Part shown: positions 1-12,600 of the stretch, one piece after another
How the letters are laid out: every line of letters starts with the position of its first letter
How positions within the stretch are numbered: position 1 is the first letter of the stretch
NCBI RefSeq assembly: GCF_006345805.1
Contig: NC_043010.1
Location: forward strand, 52,204,001 to 52,268,000
Source of the DNA: Octopus sinensis
Lineage: Eukaryota
Direction: 5' to 3'
DNA length: 64,000 nucleotides
Position numbers and translations under genes: made by a program
The notes under the pieces: model-generated
What the model was told of the DNA's origin: nothing
Database searches by the model: none
What the model saw: the letters and a program-made list of their open reading frames with translations, nothing else

Positions 1-60
1 ACTACCTCAAAAGATTTAGTGGAACAAATTAACTCTAGCATTTATCTTAAAATTTGGTAT

Positions 61-545
61 TTATTTTATCAGTTTCTTATTGACCACTAAATTACAGGTG
101 ATGAAAACATGCCAACACTGGTTGTCAAACCTTGGCGGACACACGTACACACACACATATAAACACGAACACACACACAAACACACACACACACAAGCAC
201 ATGTACACACACACACACACCCACAAGTGTCTGCGCACACAAGTGCCCACACACAAGTGCATGCACACACAAGTGCACGTGCACATATAAACACTCACAA
301 GCACACACACATAAACAAACACGCACTCAGACACACACGGACACAAACACATGCACATAAGCATGAATGCACACATGAATGAACATGCAATGCATATACA
401 CATACATGCACATAAACACAAACATGCACATAAATGCACACAATGCACGCAAAAGCACGCATACACATAAACGCACACACACATGCTTGAAGACATACAC
501 ATGCGTAAACACATGTAAACATACAGACATGTAAGCACACACACA
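61..545. repeat. Compound (CA)n-derived low-complexity tract. Similar tracts lie at about 6240-6500, 11020-11110, 12530-12730, 13130-13490, 23270-23690, 54900-55080; (TA)n tracts at about 17745-17810, 35980-36070, 37790-37870, 48300-48350, 56220-56660
   Basis: Direct inspection. These tracts generate the His/Thr- and Cys/Val-rich ORFs in the track. Confidence 0.95.
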
Positions 546-1118
546 CATGACAAGCTTCCATACAGTTTCTATCTACTGAATTCATTCACAAGGCATTGGT
601 TGACTCAGGACTATAACAAAAGACACTTGCCCAAGATACTGTCCTATGGAACTGAACTCAAAACCATGTGGTTATAAAGCTTACTTCTTAACCACTCATG
701 CCTTTTTTCCTATTACATATAGTAGAGAATAATTTAGTAGTCATGTAGTATTTTAGTGAAGTATAATGAAGTCTACAATGGTTAAGTAACATATTTGTAT
801 CAGCAGCAGAGGTGGTTGACCAAACAAATCTGTAACATTTTGAAGTTCATTCTATGAGTTTCTTTTAGTCTTCTGTTATGTAACTTTGGGGTCAGTCCAA
901 CTGCTATGATAAGGCTTATATTTGGGTAATAAAACCATGAGCTTAATATATTATGTATTTGAAAACTGGACTTAAACTGAGTACAGTGATACAGTTTTAT
1001 GATAATTTATGATGATTTTTGGTCCTGTAGTAATTTTGGTAGTAGTAGTTTTGGCACATCCATGTTATTAATCACAAATTGTATTAAGTTTTAAGACTGT
1101 TCTCTTTATTCTCTCCAG

Positions 1119-1179
1119 ATTTGAGTAAATGCTCAAGGAAAGATGGCAGTGAGAATTGCCAGTGTTCAAATTGTAAATA
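1119..1179 (+). CDS. L3MBTL: Candidate exon, Cys-rich: (D)[19 protein letters not shown](Y)
   Basis: Acceptor tctctttattctctccAG (1117-1118) and donor GTAAGT at 1180. Open frame; the terminal TA plus the C at 2038 makes Tyr in the frame of the next exon. Not in the ORF track and has no recognisable domain. Confidence 0.65.
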
Positions 1180-4100
1180 GTAAGTATTACATAAAACAAA
1201 CCTTATGACCATTTTGTGCTTTCTTACAAAATGCCATGGAGGAAAAAAAAAGTATATATCCTCCATGGTTAGAAGTAGTCCGGGAAAGTTTGGATTTGAA
1301 TCAAGTCAAAATAGTATCCTTTTCCCATCTGTGATTGGCCTACACACACACACACATATACCTTGTTTCAGTCATGAGACTGTGGCCATGTAGGGGCATC
1401 GCCTTGAATTTTAGTTTAATGAATTGACACCAGTACTTATTTTTTTAAAACCTGGTAGTTATTCTTTTAGTCTCTTTTGCCGAACCACTGTTATGGGACA
1501 TAAACAAACCAACACTGGTTGTCAAGCAGTGATGGGAGATACACACTCACACATACACACATACATATACACACAGAGGTGTAGGCGTGGTTGTGTGATG
1601 AAGAACTTTGGTTCCCAACTATATTGTTTTGGGTTCAGTCCCACTGTCTGGAACTTTGAGCACATATCTACTTACCCCTGGACTGACCAAAGCTTCGTGA
1701 GTATATTTGATAGATGGAAGAAAAAATCCCGTTGTTTTATAGTTGGTGTTCGGAAGGGCATCCATCTGTAAAAGCCAAGCTAAAACAGACAGTAGTGCTT
1801 GATACAGTTTCCCTGGCTTGCCAGCATGGAAGACGGATGTTAAAATGATGATGTTGGTGGTGGTGTGCCTGTTGTTTGGCCCATGCGAGCATAGAAAAAG
1901 TGGACATTCAAACGATGATGAAACTGGAAAAATTAAGTAAATATGCAACAAAAACAAAACCATATATGTATTTTCAAAATATTAAAAAAAAAAGTTTTTC
2001 TAAATGCTTGTTTTTATTTTTTATTTTCTTTTAACAGCAAACTCAAACGCTCCATATCAGAAAAGGATGAATGTTTAGAGAGGAAGAAGAAACGAAAGCT
2101 GGTTCTAAGTCAGGGCAACGCATGCGATAATAATAATAAGCAAGCTGTCATAAAGTGTGACAGTAACTGCAAACAGCCTGTTGTTGTCAAACAAGAGAAA
2201 GTAGAGGAAGAGGTGAAGAAGCCTATTACTGCCATAGCTGGTATGTTTTAAAGCATTGATATTGATTTTTATATATATTTTATTAATAATACACATAGGT
2301 TTGGTTGTGTGGTAAGAAGTCTGCTTCACAGCAACTTGGTTTTGGGTATAAAAGTATTTGAAGCCGTGAGCTGGTAGAATCGTTAGCATGCTGGGTGTAT
2401 TTTGTCCATCTTTGCTTTTGAGTTCAAATTCTGCCATGGTTGACTTTGCCTTTCATCCTTTTGGGGTTGATAAAATAAGTACCTATTTCTTTACTACACA
2501 CAAGGGGCTAAACACAGAGAGGACAAACAAGGACAGACAAACGGATTAAGTCGATTACATTGACCCCAGTGTGTAACTAGTACTTATTTAATCCACCCCG
2601 AAAGGATGAAAGGCAAAGTCGACCTCAGCAGAATTTGAACTCAGAATGTAACAGCAGACGAAATACCTATTTCTTTACTAGGACAAACAAGGACAGACAA
2701 ACGGATTAAGTCGATTATATCAACCCCAGTGTGTAAACTAGTACTTATTTAATCAACCCCAAAAGGATGAAAGGCAAAGTCGACCTCGGCAGAATTTGAA
2801 CTCAGAACGTAGCGGCAGACAAAATACCACTAAGCATTTTGGCCAGCGTGCTAACGATTCTGCCCATTTGCCGCCTTAAAATTGGGTTGATGTGGGCGAT
2901 TTAATCTCTCTTGAACTTGCTGGCCTTATTTCAAAATTTGAAACCAATATCTACAGTATTTAAATACAAGCTATTACTAGTTTCATGCTGTGGAAACCTA
3001 ATAAACTGGCAATCTGATATATCAAACTTTGTGTTTCCAAGGCAATGCTGGCATCGGCCACGTTTAGATGGTGCTTTTTACATGCCACCGGCACAGGTAT
3101 CACAACTACAATTTCCATTTGATTTTTGTTTTGATGTTGATGTACTTGACTCAATAGGTCTCTCCATGCACAATCTTGCAGACTCAAATATATGCATTAA
3201 TATATAAGGCCTAGCCAGTTTATCTCATTTTTTTACCGCATGAAACTAATAGTAGCTCATATTCAAATCCTATGTGTATCAAATGATTATTATCTCTCAC
3301 TGGATGGAGTACATTTTTTTTTCTTTATCCCACTAATAATAGAATGATAAATTATATATCCCCTCCCTTCGGGTTTTGCAATCTTGTAAGATGTATGGTG
3401 ACCACAATAGTGGCAAGATAAAAACATAGCTATTTGGCTTGCGACCATGAGTTTAATTCCCGGTGGTGTGTTGTGTCCTTGAGCAAGACACTTTATTTCA
3501 CATTGCTCCATTCCACTCAGCTGGCAAAAATGAGTAGTACCTGTATTTCAAACGCCAATCTTGTCACGTTCTGTGTCATGATGAATCTCCCTCAGAACTA
3601 TGTTAAGGGTTCATGTGTCTGTTGAGTGCTCAGCAACTTGCACATTAATTTCATGAGCAGGCTGTCATCATAATTGAGTGTGTATCTTCATCATTTTACA
3701 TCTGTGTTCCATGCTGGCATGGGTTGGACGGTTTGACAGGATCTGATAGATTAAAGGACTGCACCAGGCTCCATTGTTTATTTGATATGATTTATACATT
3801 CAGAAGCCCTTTCTAATACCAGTCACTTTACAGAGTATACTGGGTGCTTTTTTTCATTTCACCAACACTAGTAGAGTTGCCATGCAGCTTGCAAGACTGT
3901 GATCCCCATGTGAAGAGTAAGAGCTTTATGTTAGGGGAATGAGGAGTAGAGAAGTGTAAAGTACGAGAGAAAGTGTAATATTTCATCTACATTTTTTTCT
4001 TCTTGTTTTTAGCTGGAAAGAAATCAAAAGTTTTTACCTGGGCTCAGTATTTGGATCAAGAGAATGCTGTAGGGGCACCGACCAAACTTTTTAAAGAGGT

Positions 4101-6591
4101 AAGCTTTTGATGTACTTCAATCCTGTAGCATTTAAACCAACCATATCAAGTTCAAATAACTTCCTATTTTATGTTCTAACCAGCCAAACCCAGCCTTTTA
4201 ACCCTTTTGTTACCAACCTAGCTGAAACTGGCTCTGGCTCTTTAGTATAAATGTTTTGTTTTCATAAGTTTTGAATTCAAATCTTCCACCAAATCTGAGT
4301 CACAATTTATGTTCCTAACACTAGCTTAATGATAACGATGTTATTTTACTAAATTCTTTGTTATATTTAAAATAATTAGAAGAAACACAGAGCATCTCAA
4401 AATAAATACGGTAACGAAAGGGTTAAATCTACCCTACAATGTCATTTTAAAAATAAACAGTCATATCAAAATCTTGAAGCTATGAGATAACGCATAATTA
4501 ATAATTTGAAACAATATGAATAAATAAGCATTACATTTGATAGAATAATCAGAATGCTGAAGTGTTAATACTCTTCTTCATATTTATGGAACCACCTTAT
4601 CACCATGTCAAGACGCAATTCTTTTGACAATCTAGGTTATTAACTTCGTCTCCTGTTATATTTCTGTCTCTATTCTGTTTCCATTAGTCTCTCTCTGAAT
4701 GTCTTCAACTATCAAATTTTATTCACCTGCTACATATCATTTGGTTAAGTTTGAACTGTGGATCTTTCTTAACAGAAATGCTAGTCATGTACTTGAAATT
4801 TGATTCAATTAAGTAAACCTCTTGCTTCTAAATCAGTGGCCTTATGATAACAGGAGTTGACTTTCTTGCTGAAGGGTGATAAGATTTTTAGAAATTTTTA
4901 TCTTGTCTAGATGGATATCGGAATTTGTGCTGCACTGTGTGTCAGTGTTCTGAAGAGGTTTGAAGAATGTTGAAGGACATTTTGAGCATCTGAGAGATTG
5001 AACATTGTCTGTTTCTGATGTACATAAGCAATATGATGGGACGATAGAAATTTAAATGTAACAAAATGTCTTAAAAGAAATTTAAAGTGCCTACGTGATA
5101 ACTGTAAACCTACTTTTGGGCCACCCTGTACATACATGCATACACACACACACGACTGGCTTCTTAGAATTTTCATCCACCAATCCCCTCACAAACCTTT
5201 GGTTTGCCTGGAACTGTAGTATATATTTCTTTACTACCCACAAGGGGCTAAACATAGAGGGCACAAACAAGGACAGACAAAGGGATTGAAAAGATTACAT
5301 CGACCCCAGTGCAAAACTGGTACTTTATTTATCGACCCTGAAAGGATGAAAGGCAAAGTGGACCTCGGCGGAATTTGAACTCAGAACGTAATGACAGATG
5401 AATTACCGCTAAGCATTTCGCCCTTGTAACTGTAGTATAAGACATTTGTACCCAAGGTGCTGCGTGTTGTGACTGAACCCAAGACCATGTGGTTGGGAAG
5501 CAAACTTTTTAACTGCTTAGCCACACTTGCACCTATTGATTATAGAATTAATTTTGCTCCAGTTTTATTATTCGTTAACTGTCTATTAATTCCTTTTTGT
5601 TTGCATTCCAGCCCTTCCCTGCATTGAAGAATGGTTTCAAAATTGGTATGAAGTTAGAAGGCATAGATCCAAAACATCAGTCTCTTTATTGTGTTCTCAG
5701 TGTTGCTGAGGTAAGAGGGTTCCGAATTCGGTTACACTTTGATGGTTATTCAGAATGTTATGACTTCTGGGTCAACGCTGATTCATCGTTCATCTTCCCC
5801 GTTGGTTGGTGTGAAAAGAATGGCCGTGTTTTGCAACCCCCAAAAGGTTTGTCTTACAAAGTAATTCCATATTTATTATTTTTAACTTGCATCCATTTCT
5901 CTTACATGCGATATCTTTCTGTATACACTTTGTCTTTTTAACTCTTTGTTTTAAGTCGATGAAGAGAGCTTCCATATGATCAAGTGATCTGCTGAAAATA
6001 GCAGCCAAATCTTTCAAATTGCAGTTAACCATTATCATTGTTTTCAACATCCGCTTTTTCCATGCTTGCATAAGTCAGATGCAATTTATTCCAGCATATT
6101 TTTTATGGTTGGATGCACTTCCTGTCAACCACCTTTATACCTGGCTATCATTTTTTTTGTCAGAAGATTGGAAAGGAATGACACTGTTTGTGTGATGGTG
6201 ATGCACGTTTAAAACTATCACATGGTATCAAAGTGAAGCACACACACATGCAAACACATGCACAAACACAGACACTCATGCGCACTGGCATACGCATGCA
6301 CATACATGCACATATGCGCACACACACTCACTCACAAACACTTACACATTCACACTCACACACACAGACACTTGCACATGCATACATATACTGGGATGTG
6401 TGCACACACACCCAAGCAGACTGACACACAGGCACACACACACACACACCCATGCAGAGACACAGACACACCCATGCACTCATGCTCACACACACACACA
6501 ATAGGTGTCTTTCAGTTTCTGTCTATCAAATCCACTCTCAAGGTTTTGTTCAACCCAGAGCTATATAGAAGATACTTACCCAAGGAGACTG

Positions 6592-6648
<57 letters not shown>

Positions 6649-9600
6649 AGAGGCTTCTTTCAGATTCTGTCTACCAAATCTACTCACAAAGCTTTGATCA
6701 GCCTGTGGCTATAGTAGAACACCTCTACCAAGGTGCCATGCAGTAGGACTGAACCCAAGACCATGCAGTTAGGAAGCAAGTTTCTTACCACAAAGCCATA
6801 CCTGTAATGATTAAAGAAATTTAAGAATTATGTTTGTCAGGCTGCAGTGAAGAGCAGAAGTTTTCATTAATGGAAACCTTAATTAATGTATGTGTTCAGT
6901 CGACAACAAATTTCACTCTGCATAGATTTTTGTGTATATTCCTCGTCATTTCTTTTATATTTCAGGTTTCAGTTCTGAGTCATTTGTTTGGTCCGGTTAC
7001 CTGAAACATGCCAAAGCCTTTGCGGCACCAAAACACTTGTTTGTAAATCTTCATACACAGGTAAGTGGGGCTGAGGCAGGAGGAGGGCTTTGTTAAAAAC
7101 CACTTCAACGAAATAGTGTTTGAGAGTATGTATGCATTAACCCTTTTGTGACTGTATTTATTTTGAGATGCTCTGTGTTTCTTTCAATTACTTCAAATAT
7201 AACAAAGAATTTAGGAAAATAACTTAATTATCATTCAGCTAGTGTTAGGAACATAAATTGCGACTAAGGTTTGGTGGAAGATTTTAATTCAGAACTTATG
7301 AAAACAAGACATTTGTACTATCGAGCCAGAGCCGGTTTTGGCCGGGTTGGTAACGAAAGGTTTAATTATTTCAGTCCTGATATTATTAGCAATAGTCATG
7401 GTAGTAACAGAGACTGTTGACAATGTGCTCCGCTTGAGAAGACTTGTCAAACCAAGTGAAATCATAGTTGTGGCCGTTGCTGTTGTAATCGTAGCTGTTG
7501 AGGCAGATTTTTTCTACAGCTGGATGCCCTTGTTCTCAAGTAAGGGAATATTTACCCATGTTTTCATGGGAGATTGGAAACAAAGGACACAGCGTGCATG
7601 ACTGACATTCATTTACAACTATCATCTGAAACCCTGGCAAGGTGACAGTAACACACCCACCCACATACACACACACATGATCTTCGAATGTTGGGACTCA
7701 TGGAGGTGAGGGAAGAGGTTGTGAAACATGATCTTCGAATGTTGAGATTCACAGAGGCGATGACAAGTGATTGAGACCTTGGTGGTATGCTGTGCTTGAG
7801 AAGACTTGTCAAGTGAGGGTTAGGGTTAGGTGAAACCTAACCCTAAAGCTGACAGAATCATGAGCATGCTAGGCAAAATGCTTAGCGGCATTTTGTCCGT
7901 TTTTACATTCTGGGTTCAGATACTGCCAAGGTTGACTTTTCCTTTCATTCTTCTTTTTTTTTTGTGGAGTGGGAGGTGGTGGTGGTCTGTAAAATAAGTA
8001 CCAGCTGAGCACTGGGGTCGATGTAATTAGTTTATCATCTTCCATGAAACTGCTGGGCCTTGTGCCAAAATTTGAAACCAGTTTTCTACCTGATTTATAT
8101 TCAAAATGGCCTGATCTGATCTCTCCGCACCTATCCTACAATCTCCTAATAATCCTTTCTACTATAGGCACAAGGCCTGAAATTTAGGGGGAGGGGTTAA
8201 TTGATTGCATTGACCCCTGTGCTCTACTGGTACTTACTTCATCAACCCCAAAAGGACAAAAGGCAAAGTCAACCTTGGTGGAATTTGAACTCAGATCGTA
8301 AGGATGGATGAAATGCCACTTAGCAGTTTGCCTGGCAAACTTGGGGCAACAGTTTTTGCTGACTTATACGTAGTAAACAGTTAATAAAAGGGAGATAATC
8401 ATTTCTTCATAATATTAGGTGGGATGAGAAGTCTGAATTTTGAAATTAAAGAATTATAAGGAAAATGATGCATAGAATACACATGTGATAATAATGTTAC
8501 ATATGACATATATAATCACATACACCTACATTTTCATCTCAAGACATGAGCGTATTAAGTATCACATACTTTATATTGATGTGATCCATACACACACACA
8601 CACACTTCTATCCAACTCTTCTTGCTTTATACATCTGTAATAATTCCGTAATTGTTCCTGAACCTGACTGTTACCATTTGATTCCTTCCAGCCCATTGTG
8701 CCGAACCTCTTCCGTGTAGGGATGAAACTGGAGGCAGTCGACAAGAAAAACACAAGCTTGATATGTGTGGCAACAGTGGCTGACGTATTGGGCGACCGCA
8801 TCTTGATACACTTTGATGGCTGGGAGGATGCGTACGACTACTGGTGCGACCCCACTTCACCTTATATCCATGCAGTTGGCTGGTGTAAGGAGAACAACGA
8901 AATACTCTCCCCTCCATGTGGTAAGTATTCTTCCATTCCTCTTTTTCTCAAAATGCTTTTTTGATCTTTGTTTTTACATTTATGTATGCAAGTGTATTTT
9001 TTGAAATACGAGATGAGTGTGTGTGTGTGTATTAAATGCATGACTATCTTTCATGTCTTACTTGTTTCAGTCAATAGACTGCGGCCATGCTGGGGCACTG
9101 CCTTGAGGAATTTTAGTTGGACTAATTGACCCCAGAGCTCTACTGAGTGTTTTAGCATGGTTTCTATGGCTGGATGCCCTTCCTCACACCAACCTCTTGA
9201 CAGTGTATTGAGTGCTTTTTTTTGTGGCACTGGCACCATTGAGGTCACCAAGTAACTTGGAAGACAAAGATCCCTCAGCTGAGGTGGAAAGTGGTGTTGA
9301 GCAATTGAGCAAGGTGGCTTTATACATGGTGATGAGAGGTTAAACCATGATACACAAAAATAAATAGATGTCTTACTGTAGAGGACATACATGGTTAACC
9401 CAGCTGGAGAGAGAGAAAGTGAGGGACTGATGTGGAAATGTGCTGGGTGTACTCTCAAGTACAAGGTGAATGTAAATGGAGAGTTATAGGACTGGACTTA
9501 ATGTGCATGTATGTATGTATGTATACACACACATATATATCTATGTGTGTGTGTGTAATATATATAATCATCATCGTTTAACATCCACCTTCCATGCATG

Positions 9601-12600
9601 CATGTGTAGGATGGCTCACAGGAGCTGACCAGGTAGAAAAACTACCCTATGCTACTCTGATTTGGCAGGGTTTTTACAAATTGATGCCCTTCCTAACACC
9701 AACCACTCTGCAGAGTGGACTTGGTGCTTTTTACGTAACACCAGCACAGGTGAGGCTAGTTTTGGGATGATATACATACATATATATATATAAAAATACA
9801 AAATGGGACAAGAACGCAAAACATCCAGATAGATGATACAAAAAAACATGCACGGGTCATTTGAAGCCTTTAATCTTCAGTCAAGAACCGGATCATACTC
9901 GCAATTTTGGCTGTGTGTGTGTGTTTATATATATATATATATATAATCATCATTTAACATTCACTTTTTCATACATGTGTGAATCAAATAAAATTTGTTG
10001 GGACAGATTTTCTGTAGCTGGATGCTTTTCCTGTCCGCAACCCTCATATTTCCAAGCCCCATGACCAGCTATGCTTTCCACAAAAGACCGGAAACAGCAA
10101 CATCCATCGCTTGTTATGATGGTGATGCTTACCTACAATCATCGCATAATATCAACTCAAGTGCACACACAAAAACACTTAATCTCACACACACACACAC
10201 ACACATCTTTGTTTCGCTTGATGGGTTTTTTTTTTCTGCATTTTCATTTTCCAGATTGGAAAGATCCATTAAACTTTAGTTGGGAACGTTATCTTTCAGA
10301 GAAAAATGCGACAGCTGTACCTGCTCGAGCCTTTCGACCTGTAAGTACTTTGATCTGTATTTATTTTGCTACCAAATCAACCCCCAGTATGTATTTTTTA
10401 AGTCTGGTATTTATTCTAGAGGTCTCTTTTGCTGAAGTGTTAAGTTACAGGAACATAGACAAACCAACGCTGGTTGTCAAGTAGTGGCGGGGAACAAAGA
10501 CACACGCACATACATAATATATATGAAGGCGCATGGCTTAATGGTTAGGGTGTTGCACTCATGATTGCAAAATCAGGGTTTCAATTCCCAGACCGGGCAT
10601 TGCGTTGTGTTCTTGAGCAAAACACTTTATTTCACACTGCTTTGTGATCATTTTGTCATATGACATGTGGCACACGGTGCACCTGTACAGGTAATGTCAA
10701 TTTGATGGAGGGAGTGAGCTTATTTGTATACAAACATTTGATCACTATAAACAAATCATCTGTGTGGTTGTTCGGCAAGAAATTGCCAAATCCCCCTATG
10801 TTGTCTAATGAGGGAAGAGTCATATCTGTCTGTCTGTCTGTCTATCTCTCTCCACACACACACACATATGGTGGACTTCCACACAATTTCCCACTATCAA
10901 ATTCACTCACATGGTTTGGTCATCCTGGGACTAGACACTTGCCCAAGGTACCATGCAGTGACACAAAATCTGAACCATGTTGTTGCAAAGCAACCTTATC
11001 TACACAGCCATGGCACACTCACAAGCACACCCGCAAGCACACCCGCAAGCACACCCGCAAGCACACCCTGCAAACACACCTGCAAACACACCTGGAAATA
11101 CACTCACAAACACACCCACAATTTTATTAATTCATGATATTTGATTAGTTGTATGAAAATTTGGCATAATTATTGTATTTGATGGCATAAAAGATGCACA
11201 GATGTACCTCAGTTTCGGCAACACATATTCAGGAAAAGACATTTTTTTTTGTGTATTAACCCTTTAACATTCAAACCGGTCATATCCAGCCCAAATATTC
11301 TACTTGTTTTCTGTTGAAAATGGCCAGATCCAGCCTCTCACACCTACCCTGCAATGTCATTCGAAAAGTAAGCTACAGCATCATCGAAATCCCAAAGCTA
11401 TGAGGTAATACATGATTACTTCAAACCACTGTAAATAACTATTACATTTGGCTGAGTAATCTGAATACTGAAGGGTTAATGCACTATTTAAAGCAATCTG
11501 GCAGTACATTATTTAAAGGTTGCAAAAGCACTTTAGTTATAGCAGAAAACATTACTTTATCTAAAAAGTGAGTTAGCAGTACAGCTGAACAGAAAGCAAG
11601 AAGTCAGGCTTGGTAGAAAAGACCATCTGGATTGAAATCAGCCTATAGTCGGTGTCAGGGACAAAATTAACTTATGGGAGGCTCAACTTCACATATAGGA
11701 TATTCTCTTTTACTCTATTTTACTTGTTTCAGTCATTCGACTGTGGCCATGCTGGAGTACTGCCTTTAGTCGAGCAAATCGACCCCAGGAATTATTCTTT
11801 GTAAGCCTAGTATTTATTCTATTGGTCTCTTTTGCAGAACCACTAAGTTACGGGGATGTAAACACACCAGCATCAGTTGTCAAGCGATGTTGGGGGGACA
11901 AAAATAGACACACATATATATACATATATGTGACTGGCTTCTTTCAGTTTCCGTCTACCAATTCCACTCACAAGGCTTTGGTTGGCCCGAGGCTATAGTA
12001 GAAGACACTTGCCCAAGGTGCCATGCAGTAGGAATGAACCCGGAACCATGTGGTTCGTAAGCAAGCTACTACTTACCTCATAGCCACTTCTATGCTGGGT
12101 AATATTTTATTTTTTTTTATTTTTGAAACATTTTTTGGGGAAATGTTGCATCTTACATGTCATCAAATATGGTAATTGATTCAATGTTGTTTTTGTATCC
12201 CTATTTTTAAAATCCCTTTTTGATATTTATATATTTTCCACCCTGATACAGCGTGCCCCTGTAAGCTTTGAGGAAGGTATGAAAATTGAAGTGGTCGACA
12301 AGCGCAATCCTATTCTTATACGTGTTGCTACGATAGCCTCAATGTCAAAGCATCGAGTGAAGATTCACTTTGACGGCTGGTTGGATATCTATGACTACTG
12401 GTTGGACGATGATAGTCCAGACATACATCCACCTGGCTGGTGTAACAGAACTGGACATATTTTACAGCCTCCTATTGGTAAATGTTGCATTTTTTTATTT
12501 CACTTTGACTGATGTTGCTTTATCTCTTCCTTTGTGTGTGTATTTGTATGAGTGTATGAGTATATATTTGTGTGTATATTTGTGCAAGTGTATCTGTGTG

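Noticed and set aside
1-56. Possible upstream exon end (TTSKDLVEQINSSIYLKI, GT at 57)
   Set aside because: The only open frame ends in phase 2, but the 1119 exon needs phase 1. The donor is weak and there is no homology cue.
61-585. His/Thr- and Cys/Val-rich ORFs (also 6188-6746, 13285-13629, 23167-23717, 56052-56659)
   Set aside because: These are translations of (CA)n, (TG)n and (TA)n microsatellites.
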